Positions 1 through 11,065 of a stretch of 64,000 bases of DNA are shown piece by piece. The notes beneath the pieces are model-generated. The model had not been told where the DNA came from. It saw nothing but the letters and a program-made list of their open reading frames with translations, and did not search any database. The stretch is taken from the NCBI RefSeq assembly GCF_000143415.4, contig NW_003314275.1, positions 1 to 64,000 of the forward strand, written 5' to 3'. Position numbers and translations under genes: made by a program. This stretch comes from Selaginella moellendorffii. Taxonomy: Eukaryota; Plantae; Lycopodiophyta. Every line of letters begins with the position of its first letter. The first letter of the stretch is position 1.

Positions 1-157
1 AAACCCTAAACCCTAGACCCTAAACCGTAAACCCTAAACCCTAAACCCTAAACCCTAAACCCTAAACCCTAAACCCTAAACCCTAAACCCTAAACCCTAA
101 ACCCTAAACCCTAAACCCTAAACCCTAAACCCTAAACCCTAAACCCTAAACCCTAAA
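1..157 (+). repeat. Terminal telomeric tract (CCCTAAA)n, C-strand of a left chromosome end
   Basis: About 22 CCCTAAA units from base 1, with variants CCCTAGA and CCGTAAA. Confidence 0.97.
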
Positions 158-359
158 CAGGTGATGGATGAAGCTCCCGCAGACACACTCCCCTGAGTGA
201 TCACGTGCTGGAGATGCCTCCCGAATCCCGGTTCGTTCCTGGTCATGGCTAAACTCGCTTTGCGAGCTTAGCCACATCTTTTACTACGCTTTGCAAGAGA
301 CGGAAGCATATGATTGCATCCTTCTTTGCGTAACCGATGACCTTCAGGGTCTGGCCGAT

Positions 360-1125
360 GGACTCTAGGTATGTCCCAGTCACCTCTGGTCGTCCCCCAC
401 CGGTCAACGCCCGGTCAACGCGCAGTCTACTGTCCAAACAGGAATATTCCCGAATATTCCCTGACAGTCAGATTGTTGACCGAGTCAACGAGGCCTACAC
501 CATTCGATTCTGCACCCCTTTCCAAGTTTGACAACGTTGGTCTCATCTCCTTACGATGGATACCACACCTTGGAAAGCTTGCGAATCTCATAATGATGCC
601 ATGCGACGACGTCGACGTCACACACGCCGACACCTCGCAGGAAAAGGACCTTTCTGCATGACCAAAAGACCTCGGGTACGTACCAGTCACTCCAGGCCAC
701 CTCCCTTTCGAGTCAACGCCCGGTCAACGCGGAGTCAACGGTCAGAACGGAATATTCCCCAATATTCCGACTGTATCCCTGTTGACCGAGTCAAAACGGC
801 ATATACCGTTGGATTCCGCTCTTCCTTCCGATCGTGAATATGTGAGTTTCAACTCTGAACTCCTCACACGATTCGTTGAAAAGCGTGTATTCCGTTAAAA
901 CGGTACCGCTCCTTCGACATCGGCGATGCACGCCGACAACTTGCGGGATGGCTCTCCCCTGCACCACCGCTGGACTTCGGGTATGTATGAGTGACCTCAG
1001 GCCCTCCACCATCCCAGTCCACACACGGTCAACGCGGGGACAACGGTCAACGACGGAATATTCCCAGAATATTCCCTGCAAAGTGGACCACGTTTTTCGC
1101 TGCCGGGTATGTACGAGTGACACAA
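360..1125 (+). promoter_or_regulatory. Three tandem subrepeats (~310-bp period) with W-box clusters (GGTCAA/TTGACC) and heat-shock-element-like arrays; also in units 2, 3, 6 and partly 4
   Basis: gGAAtaTTCccGAAtaTTCc at 441-460 is a perfect 4-pentamer HSE, with imperfect copies near 749 and 1056. GGTCAA at 402, 413, 722, 1027, 1045. Subrepeat starts near 364, 671, 976 and 1102. Confidence 0.5.
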
Positions 1126-1350
1126 GCATTGTGGACGTAACGCATGCATCATATCATGCCGCGTTTACAAGTTATCTTGTGTCAAAGGTATGTCACCCGC
1201 CGGCCAAACGCTTACTGTCTTCGGCAATTAGCCGAAGTCATTCTCCGCGACTACCACTGCTGTGGAGTAACCAACACCAGCTTTGCTACGTTCGCACCCT
1301 CGCGAGCCAACGCTGCCACGCCAGTTCGCATGGCCGCCACACGGACTCGC

Positions 1351-1376
1351 GCCACGTGACAGAGCCAAAATATAAG
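1351..1376 (+). promoter_or_regulatory. Putative core promoter of the PLE pseudo-LTR (G-box GCCACGTG and TATA-like TATAAG)
   Basis: GCCACGTG at 1351-1358 and TATAAG at 1371-1376, about 55 nt upstream of the hammerhead core. Confidence 0.4.
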
Positions 1377-1412
1377 TAGAGTCGGCACCGAGCTAGGGTT
1401 AGGGTAGACACT

Positions 1413-1470
1413 AGACGACTACACCCGGCTGATGAGTCCCAAAAAGGACGAAACCGGTCTCGGGTTGTCT
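1413..1470 (+). ncRNA. Type I minimal hammerhead ribozyme (PLE-type)
   Basis: Stem I ACCCGG/TCGGGT (extended by AGACG/TGTCT), CTGATGA at 1429-1435, stem II GTCC-caaaaa-GGAC, GAAA, palindromic mini stem III ACCGGT, GTC cleavage triplet at 1457-1459. Confidence 0.9.
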
Positions 1471-1829
1471 CTTGTCCTCTCCCTCGCTCACGAATGAATG
1501 AAAATTCATTCCCTTGCCTCCTCTACTTGCTCTCGATCACGCCGTTTCAACAACGGCACACGGAGAATGTGGATTGCACAAAGTGGTGCCGCGATCTCGC
1601 CGGATTGCAGCACCGCGGGGTGTCTTTGACCCTAAACGCCTAAACGCGCCTAAATCCTAAACTCTCTGCGGTTCAAAAGCATCCGAGCGGGCCTCACCAG
1701 CTTTGCTCGGTTGCAAAAGCACATCCCACGCACCAAGTAAGCTTAAGTTCTCACACTGTTTCTATTGTTTCCAGAAGAATTCAGTAAATTTGAACAACAA
1801 TCTACCAAAGTCAAACCTCTTTGCCAATG

Positions 1830-4800
1830 GCAGGCCAAGACAACTCCATACATGGCTCTGGGATAGGAGAAGCCAGCCACGATGCCCCTCACTCCCTGCG
1901 CACAGGTCTGGCACAGCAAGTCTCCAGGCCGGGCATTTGTGTTGGCCCTTGCGCGCTGCACCTCACCGCCAGGACGCCACAGAAATCCCTGCCTGGAGCT
2001 GCTAACCGCCACTAAGAGTCTGGGAGCTAGCTCGGCATCTCCACACAACAGTTTCTCTGGCGTCTCGGGTGGCCCAGCTCCTCTGACTCAGGTCCAGCAC
2101 AGCAAGTGCCCCACAAAGGCTTTTTGGCCGCCTCTGGTTGCTGCCTCGGCACCACCAAAGGATCTCCAAAAAGCCTAAGGGGATTGCTCCCTGCTGTTGA
2201 GAGCACGCGCCCCACCCAGACATCACCACAGAACTGTTGTGATCGACCAGAATCCGCCGTAGGAGACACAATTGCAACTGCAACTACAAATGCCCGCCTC
2301 TGCTCCTCCAGCATCCTCTCCACCGTCAGATCTCCCGATCTAACGGCCCACGTGGTCCAAGCCTCAATCGTAAAAAATTCTAAGTCCCAGCACTTAGATT
2401 TTTTAATGGGCTATGGAGGAGAAAGATGCAAGGAGCAGCCACGGCAGAGCATTCTGTCTTGAGCACGCCACAGCAGCAAGCCAACGGCAAGCCAAGACAA
2501 CCCCAAGCATGATTCTGGATTCAGAGAAACCAGCCACGATGCCCCTCTCTCCCCTCGCTAGGGTCTGGCACAGCAAGTCTCCAGGCCAGGCATTTGCGTT
2601 GGCCCCTGTGCGCCGCACTTCGCTGCCACAGCGCCACAAAAAATCCCTGCCCGGAGCCGCTCACCGCCACTAAGAGTCTGGGAGCTAGCTTGGATTCTCA
2701 ACACAGCAATCTTTTTGGTGTTTCCCGCGGCCCAGCTCCCCTGAATCGGGTCTGGCACAGCTAACTCCCCACAAAGGCTTTTTGCCCCTTTTGGTCCAGT
2801 GCCTTGGCACCACCAAGAGATCATCAAAAATGCCAAGGGAGCTGCTCCCTGCCACACAGAGCGCCCACCCCGCCCAGAGATCACCATAAAAACGCTGTGC
2901 TTCACCAAAATCTGCCATGGGAGAAGCCTTTGCAACAGCAATTGCAAAGGGCCACTCACGCTGCCCTCTCTTCCCTCCTCCACCATTGGATCATACAGAT
3001 CTAACGGCTCAAACGCTCAGCCTTTGAGTTGCCAAAAATTTCTAAGTCCTAGCACTTGGTTTTTGGCAATGGAGAGGAAGCTACGTGAGCATCGCAGCTA
3101 CGTCTTGAGCACGCCACGGCCCAAGTCACCACAGCCAGCTGCTCCAGCAGCAGCAGCAGCCGCCGACGCAGGCAGCACCAGCCACTGCAACAGCCCGCGG
3201 CCTGCCAACACCAGCAGCTGCCGCGGCTGCTGCCCCAGCCGGCCAGCCAGCAGTGCCACGGCCGGCCTCCAGCGACCGCCACAGCGAGCACTTGGGCCAG
3301 CACTCGCCGCCCAAAGCGCCAGCTCTGTGGCTAGCCGTGGCCCAGCCCGTTAGCACCGCGTCCCGGCCAGCCGCTGCTCAGCAGCACCACCAGCGCTGCC
3401 CAGCAGCGCCCTGCTGCACCAGGCACCTCTGCATGATGCTGCGCGCCGCCCAGCAGCGCCAAGCACCGCTGCACGCCGTTCAGGGCCGCCACGCGCCGCC
3501 CGGAGCTGCTGCGCCCTGCCTAGCGCCTCCCTGCACTGCCTGGTGCCAACAGCAAACCAAGAAAACTCCATACGTGACTCTGGGACAGGAGAAGCCAGCC
3601 ATGATGCCCCTCACTCCCTGCATACAGGTCTGGCACAGCAAGTCCCCAGGCCGGGCATTTCCGTAGGTCCCTGTGCGTGCTGCACCTCACCGCCAGGACG
3701 CCACAGAAATCCCTGCCTGGAGCTGCTAACCGCCACTAAGAGTCTGGGAGCTAGCTCGGCATCTCCACACAACAGCTTCTCTGACGTCTTGTGCGGCCCA
3801 GCCCCTCCGACTCAGGTCCGGCACAGCAAATGCCCCACAAAGGCTTTTTGGCCCCCCTTGGTTGCTGCCTCGGCACCACCAAGGGATCTCCAAAAATGCT
3901 AAGGGGATTGCTCCCTGCTGTTGAGAGCACCCACACCACCCAGACATCACCACAAAGCTGTTGTGATCCACTAGAATCTGCCGTGGGGGACACAATTGCA
4001 ACTGCAATTGCAAATGCCCACCTCTGCTCCTCCAGCATCCTCTCCACCGTCAGATCTCCCGATCTAACGGTCCACGTGGTCCAAGCCTGAATCGTAAAAA
4101 TTCTAAGTCCCAGCACTTAGAATTTTTTCTGGGCTATGGAGGAGAAAGATGCAAGGAGCAGCCACGGCAGGGCATTCTGTCTTGACCACGCCACAACATC
4201 AAGCCAGGACAACTCCAAGCATGGTTCTGGATTCAGAGAAACCAGCCATGTGCCCTTCTCTCCCCTCGCCAGGGTCTGGCACAGCAAGTCCCCAAGCCAG
4301 GCATTTGCGTTGGCCCCTGTGTGCCACACCTCGCTGCCACAGCGCCACAAAAAATCCCTGCCTGGAGCTGCTCACTGCCACTAAGAGTCTGGGAACTAGC
4401 TTGGCTTCTCGACACAACAATCTCTTTGGTGTTTCCTGCGGCCCAGCTCCCCTGAATCGTGTCTGGCATAGCAAACTCCCCACAAAGGCTTTTTGCCCCT
4501 TTTGGTCCAGTGCCTTGGCACCACCAAGAGATCATCAAAAATGCCAAGGGAGCTGCTCCCTACCACACAGAGCCCCAGAGATCACCATAGCAATTGCTGT
4601 GCCTCACCAAAATCCACCATGGGAGAAGCCTTTGCAACAACAACAGCCATTGCAAAGGCCGACTCACGCTCCCCTCTCCTCTCTCCTCCACCGTCGGATC
4701 GCACAAATCCAACGGCTCAAACGCTCAGCCTTTGAGTTGCCAGAAATTTCTAAGTCCTAGCACTTGGTTTTTGGCAATGGTAGAGGAAGCTACGGGAGCA

Positions 4801-6100
4801 TGGCCGCTGCGTCTTGAGCACGCCACAGCCCAGGCCACCACAGCCAGCTGCTCCAGCAGCAACAGCCGCTGACGCAGGCAGCGCCAGCCATCGCAGCAGC
4901 CCGCGGCTTGCGAACACCAACAGCTGCCGCGGCTGCTGCGCCAGCCGGCCAGCCAGCTGTGCCACGGCCGGCCTCCAGCGACCGCCACAGTGAGCACTTG
5001 GGCCAGCACTCGCCGCCCAAAGCGCCAGCTCTGTGGCTCGTCGTGGCCCAGCCCATCAGCACCGCGTCCCGGCCAGCCGCTGCCCAGCAGCACCACCAGC
5101 GCTGCCCAGCAGTGCTCCACCGCGCCAAGCACGACCGCACGCTGCTCAGGGCCGCCACGTGCTGCCCAGAGCCGCTGCGTGCTGCCTAGTGCCGCCCCGT
5201 GCCGCCCAGTGCTGCTCACGTGTGCCCAGCACCGCCCAGTGATGTGCTGTACCGCCAGCGACGCGCGGTACTGCACAGTGACGTGCGGCACTGCCCAGCG
5301 ACGCGCGGTACTGCACAGTGACGCACGGCACTGCCCAGCGACACGCAGTACTTCCAGAGACACGCGGTACAGTCCAGTGCCGCCCAGCGGCTCCAGGCCG
5401 GGCATTTACGTAGGCCCCTATGCGCTGCACCTCACTGCCAAGACGCCACAAAAATCCCTGCCTGGAGCCACTAAGAGTCTTGGAGCTAGCTTGGCATCTC
5501 CACACAACAGCTTTTCTGGCACCTGGTGCGGCCCAGCTCCCCCGACTCAGGTCCGGCATAGCAAATGCCCCACAAAGGCTTTTTGGCCCCCCTCGGCTGC
5601 TGCTTCGGCACCACCAAGGGATTTCCAAAAATGCTAAGGGGACTGCTCCCTGCTGTTGAGAGCACCCGTGCCACCCAGACATCACCACAAAGCTGCTGTG
5701 ATCTCTGGCACGATGCCCCTCACTCCCCTCGCACGGGTCTGGCACAGCATGTCTCCAGGCTGGGCATTCACACTGGCCTCTGCGCGCTGCGTTCTGCCAC
5801 CAGAGCGCCACAAAAGATCCCCACCTGGAGCTGCTCACGGCCACTAAGAGTTTGGGAGCTAGCTTGACATCTCCACTCTGCAGTCTTTTCGACGTCTAGC
5901 GCAGCCCAGCTCCCCTGACCTGGGTATGGCACAGCAAATCCCTCACAAAGGCTTTTTGCGCCCCTTTGGTATGTTGCCTTGGCACCACCAAAGGATCACC
6001 AAAGATGCCAATGGGAATGCTCCTTGCCACTCAGAGCACCCAAGCTGCCTAGACACTGCCACAACGCTGCCAAAAATCCAATCTGCCATGGATCCCCTGC
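1830..6100 (+). repeat. GC-rich complex satellite-like payload inside the PLE
   Basis: GCCACTAAGAGT-GGAGCTAGC motif recurs near 2008, 2666, 3732, 4377, 5467 and 5840; higher-order duplication ~1830-3560 vs ~3560-5190 (period ~1.72 kb); CAG/GCC-rich stretches. Confidence 0.85.
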
Positions 6101-6349
6101 AATCACTAGTGCTAGCACTGGCCCTGCAACTGCAGAGCCAAGCACTATGCCGATGGCACGGGCTCTCTCACCACCTCTGGTGCCAGATCCCTTGCAATCG
6201 CCACCCAGGCCAGCCCCTGCCACTGGAACAGAGCAGCGAGCCCTCTCGCCTTAACGCTCTCCAGGACCTGGCCCAGCGCAGCAGCCACCGTCACCTCTGC
6301 ACCTGGCTCTGCTCTGCGTGTCCATGGCACCACGCTCAACACTGTCCCC

Positions 6350-7033
6350 ACAGACTCGACGAGTGCCTCGACACAACCAACAAATCGCCCTTCCATCTAC
6401 GGAGGTACACGAGCAGGCCTTGAACGATGGCTCCGAGGATATGGCACGCTTCGTCCCTCGATCAAGATCACCTCGGTGATCCTGCTCGAGGAGTTGGATA
6501 TCCTCGATATCCACTTCTTCAAAGGCCCTCACTTTGAAGAGACACGCTGCCTCGACTCGTCCACGTTCCAGAAGCCCCTCAACGCCTACCAGTACCTCCC
6601 CTGGACGTCGGTTCACCCATGGCACCAGAAAGTGGCATTTATCCGCAGCGAGCTCCGGAGATACCTCCTCCGTGAGAGCACGGCCCATGGATCTCATGCC
6701 ATGCGCATGCGGTTCTACCACCGCCTCTGTGTCCGGGGACACCCGATCTCCTTCCTCCAACACTGCCTCTCTAGCATCTCCTCTGACCAGCGACATGAAG
6801 CTCTCCTTGCACGCTCGCGCCGCTCTAGCGACGCTTGTCGACGGACCCCCCTCGCCTTTAAGCTCCCCTACACGCTTCACAGCACGCAGCTAGGCTTGGG
6901 GGACATCCTAAACCCTAAACAGGTGATGGATGAAGCTCCCGCAGACACACTCCCCTGAGTGATCACGTGCTGGAGATGCCTCCCGAATCCCGGTTCGTTC
7001 CTGGTCATGGCTAAACTCGCTTTGCGAGCTTAG
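6350..7033 (+). pseudogene. PLE reverse transcriptase C-terminal fragment with the catalytic YTDD deleted
   Basis: Same sequence as 10350-11065 but with a 32-bp deletion between AGGTACAC direct repeats at ~6410. Confidence 0.85.
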
Positions 7034-8174
7034 CCACATCTTTTACTACGCTTTGCAAGAGACGGAAGCATATGATTGCATCCTTCTTTGCGTAACCGAT
7101 GACCTTCAGGGTCTGGCCGATGGACTCTAGGTATGTCCCAGTCACCTCTGGTCGTCCCCCACCGGTCAACGCCCGGTCAACGCGCAGTCTACTGTCCAAA
7201 CAGGAATATTCCCGAATATTCCCTGACAGTCAGATTGTTGACCGAGTCAACGAGGCCTACACCATTCGATTCTGCACCCCTTTCCAAGTTTGACAACGTT
7301 GGTCTCATCTCCTTACGATGGATACCACACCTTGGAAAGCTTGCGAATCTCATAATGATGCCATGCGACGACGTCGACGTCACACACGCCGACACCTCGC
7401 AGGAAAAGGACCTTTCTGCATGACCAAAAGACCTCGGGTACGTACCAGTCACTCCAGGCCACCTCCCTTTCGAGTCAACGCCCGGTCAACGCGGAGTCAA
7501 CGGTCAGAACGGAATATTCCCCAATATTCCGACTGTATCCCTGTTGACCGAGTCAAAACGGCATATACCGTTGGATTCCGCTCTTCCTTCCGATCGTGAA
7601 TATGTGAGTTTCAACTCTGAACTCCTCACACGATTCGTTGAAAAGCGTGTATTCCGTTAAAACGGTACCGCTCCTTCGACATCGGCGATGCACGCCGACA
7701 ACTTGCGGGATGGCTCTCCCCTGCACCACCGCTGGACTTCGGGTATGTATGAGTGACCTCAGGCCCTCCACCATCCCAGTCCACACACGGTCAACGCGGG
7801 GACAACGGTCAACGACGGAATATTCCCAGAATATTCCCTGCAAAGTGGACCACGTTTTTCGCTGCCGGGTATGTACGAGTGACACAAGCATTGTGGACGT
7901 AACGCATGCATCATATCATGCCGCGTTTACAAGTTATCTTGTGTCAAAGGTATGTCACCCGCCGGCCAAACGCTTACTGTCTTCGGCAATTAGCCGAAGT
8001 CATTCTCCGCGACTACCACTGCTGTGGAGTAACCAACACCAGCTTTGCTACGTTCGCACCCTCGCGAGCCAACGCTGCCACGCCAGTTCGCATGGCCGCC
8101 ACACGGACTCGCGCCACGTGACAGAGCCAAAATATAAGTAGAGTCGGCACCGAGCTAGGGTTAGGGTAGACACT

Positions 8175-8232
8175 AGACGACTACACCCGGCTGATGAGTC
8201 CCAAAAAGGACGAAACCGGTCTCGGGTTGTCT
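8175..8232 (+). ncRNA. Hammerhead ribozyme copy 2
   Basis: Identical to 1413-1470; CTGATGA at 8191. Confidence 0.9.
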
Positions 8233-8416
8233 CTTGTCCTCTCCCTCGCTCACGAATGAATGAAAATTCATTCCCTTGCCTCCTCTACTTGCTCTCGATC
8301 ACGCCGTTTCAACAACGGCACACGGAGAATGTGGATTGCACAAAGTGGTGCCGCGATCTCGCCGGATTGCAGCACCGCGGGGTGTCTTTGACCCTAAACG
8401 CCTAAACGCGCCTAAA

Positions 8417-8607
8417 CCCTAAACCCTAAACCCTAAACCCTAAACCCTAAACCCTAAACCCTAAACCCTAAAACCCTAAAACCCTAAACCTAAACCCTAA
8501 ACCCCTAAACCTAAACCCTAAACCCTAAACCCTAAACCCTAAACCCTAAACCCTAAACCCTAAACCCTAAACCCTAAACCCTAAAACCCTAAACCCTAAA
8601 CCCTAAA
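8417..8607 (+). repeat. Interstitial telomeric tract
   Basis: (CCCTAAA)n with single-base indel variants. Confidence 0.95.
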
Positions 8608-10349
8608 GCCTCACCAAAATCCACCATGGGAGAAGCCTTTGCAACAACAACAGCCATTGCAAAGGCCGCTCCCCTCTCCTCTCTCCTCCACCGTCGGATC
8701 GCACAAATCCAACGGCTCAAACGCTCAGCCTTTGAGTTGCCAGAAATTTCTAAGTCCTAGCACTTGGTTTTTGGCAATGGTAGAGGAAGCTACGGGAGCA
8801 TGGCCGCTGCGTCTTGAGCACGCCACGGCCCAGGCCACCACAGCCAGCTGCTCCAGCAGCAACAGCCGCTGACGCAGGCAGCGCCAGCCATCGCAGCAGC
8901 CCGCGGCTTGCGAACACCAACAGCTGCCGCGGCTGCTGCGCCAGCCAGCCAGCCAGCTGTGCCACGGCCGGCCTCCAGCGACCGCCACAGTGAGCACTTG
9001 GGCCAGCACTCGCCGCCCAAAGCGCCAGCTCTGTGGCTCGTCGTGGCCCAGCCCGTCAGCACCGCGTCCCGGCCAGCCGCTGCCCAGCAGCACCACCAGC
9101 GCTGCCCAGCAGTGCTCCACTGCGCCAAGCACGACCGCACGCTGCTCAGGGCCGCCACGTGCTGCCCAGAGCCGCTGCGTGCTGCCTAGTGCCGCCCCGT
9201 GCTGCCCAGTGCTGCTCACGTGTGCCCAGCACCGCCCAGCGATGTGCTGTACTGCCAGCGACGCGCGGTACTGCACAGTGACGTGCGGCACTGCCCAGCG
9301 ACGCGCGGTACTGCACAGTGACGCACGGCACTGCCCAGCGACACGCAGTACTTCCAGAGACACGCGGTACAGTCCAGTGCCGCCCAGCGGCTCCAGGCCG
9401 GGCATTTACGTAGGCCCCTATGCGCTGCACCTCACTGCCAAGACGCCACAAAAATCCCTGCCTGGAGCCACTAAGAGTCTTGGAGCTAGCTTGGCATCTC
9501 CACACAACAGCTTTTCTGGCACCTGGTGCGGCCCAGCTCCCCCGACTCAGGTCCAGCATAGCAAATGCCCCACAAAGGCTTTTTGGCCCCCCTCGGCTGC
9601 TGCTTCGGCACCACCAAGGGATTTCCAAAAATGCTAAGGGGACTGCTCCCTGCTGTTGAGAGCACCCGTGCCACCCAGACATCACCACAAAGCTGCTGTG
9701 ATCTCTGGCACGATGCCCCTCACTCCCCTCGCACGGGTCTGGCACAGCATGTCTCCAGGCTGGGCATTCACACTGGCCTCTGCGTGCTGCGTTCTGCCAC
9801 CAGAGCGCCACAAAAGATCCCCACCTGGAGCTGCTCACGGCCACTAAGAGTTTGGGAGCTAGCTTGACATCTCCACTCTGCAGTCTTTTCGACGTCTAGC
9901 GCAGCCCAGCTCCCCTGACCTGGGTATGGCACAGCAAATCCCTCACAAAGGCTTTTTGCGCCCCTTTGGTATGTTGCCTTGGCACCACCAAAGGATCACC
10001 AAAGATGCCAATGGGAATGCTCCTTGCCACTCAGAGCACCCAAGCTGCCTAGACATTGCCACAACGCTGCCAAAAATCCAATCTGCCATGGATCCCCTGC
10101 AATCACTAGTGCTAGCACTGGCCCTGCAACTGCAGAGCCAAGCACTATGCCGATGGCACGGGCTCTCTCACCACCCCTGGTGCCAGATCCCTTGCAATCG
10201 CCACCCAGGCCAGCCCCTGCCACTGGAACAGAGCAGCGAGCCCTCTCGCCTTAACGCTCTCCAGGACCTGGCCCAGCGCAGCAGCCACCGTCACCTCTGC
10301 ACCTGGCTCTGCTCTGCGTGTCCATGGCACCACGCTCAACACTGTCCCC

Positions 10350-11065
10350 ACAGACTCGACGAGTGCCTCGACACAACCAACAAATCGCCCTTCCATCTAC
10401 GGAGGTACACAGATGACGGAGTGAGCACTTGGACAGGTACACGAGCAGGCCTTGAACGATGGCTCCGAGGATATGGCACGCTTCGTCCCTCGATCAAGAT
10501 CACCTCGGTGATCCTGCTCGAGGAGTTGGATATCCTCGATATCCACTTCTTCAAAGGCCCTCACTTTGAAGAGACACGCTGCCTCGACTCGTCCACGTTC
10601 CAGAAGCCCCTCAACGCCTACCAGTACCTCCCCTGGACGTCGGTTCACCCATGGCACCAGAAAGTGGCATTTATCCGCAGCGAGCTCCGGAGATACCTCC
10701 TCCTTGAGAGCACGGCCCATGGATTCCATGCCATGCGCATGCGGTTCTACCACCGCCTCTGTGTCCGGGGACACCCGATCTCCTTCCTCCAACACTGCCT
10801 CTCTAGCATCTCCTCTGACCAGCGACATGAAGCTCTCCTTGCACGCTCGCGCCGCTCTAGCGACGCTTGTCGACGGACCCCCCTCGCCTTTAAGCTCCCC
10901 TACACGCTTCACAGCACGCAGCTAGGCTTGGGGGACATCCTAAACCCTAAACAGGTGATGGATGAAGCTCCCGCAGACACACTCCCCTGAGTGATCACGT
11001 GCTGGAGATGCCTCCCGAATCCCGGTTCGTTCCTGGTCAGGGCTAAACTCGCTTTGCGAGCTTAG
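10350..11065 (+). pseudogene. Penelope-like RT, motif C through thumb/linker; N-terminal half absent; no GIY-YIG
   Basis: RRYTDDG..WTG..LRPSIKIT..LDILDI..FQKPLNAYQYLPWTSVHPWHQKVAFIRSELRRY..RGHP..LAFKLPY; after TGA (10988-10990) the same frame continues VITCWRCLPNPGSFLVRAKLALRA*, resembling the PLE linker motif. Confidence 0.85.

Larger units (their letters stand above)
158..1661 (+). mobile_element. PLE unit 1, 5'-truncated (end of RT ORF, 3' region, hammerhead, telomere seed); acts as pseudo-LTR of unit 2
   Basis: Matches 6920-8416 at offset 6762; ends ACCCTAAACGCCTAAACGCGCCTAAATCCTAAA and runs straight into unit 2 with no telomere tract. Confidence 0.88.
1662..8416 (+). mobile_element. PLE unit 2, full-length non-autonomous unit (6762-bp period)
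   Basis: Satellite payload, then RT fragment, 3' region, HHR and telomere seed, followed by a telomeric tract. Confidence 0.85.

Noticed and set aside
876-1379. 167-aa ORF repeated in five units
   Set aside because: Conservation is explained by recent copying; non-ATG start and no motif
1703-6423. Many overlapping 60-230 aa ORFs
   Set aside because: GC-rich satellite with no domain motifs; frames are not conserved between repeats
9926-10350. N-terminal part of the 354-aa ORF as genuine RT
   Set aside because: It derives from cargo sequence; no RT motifs A or B' are recognisable in frame
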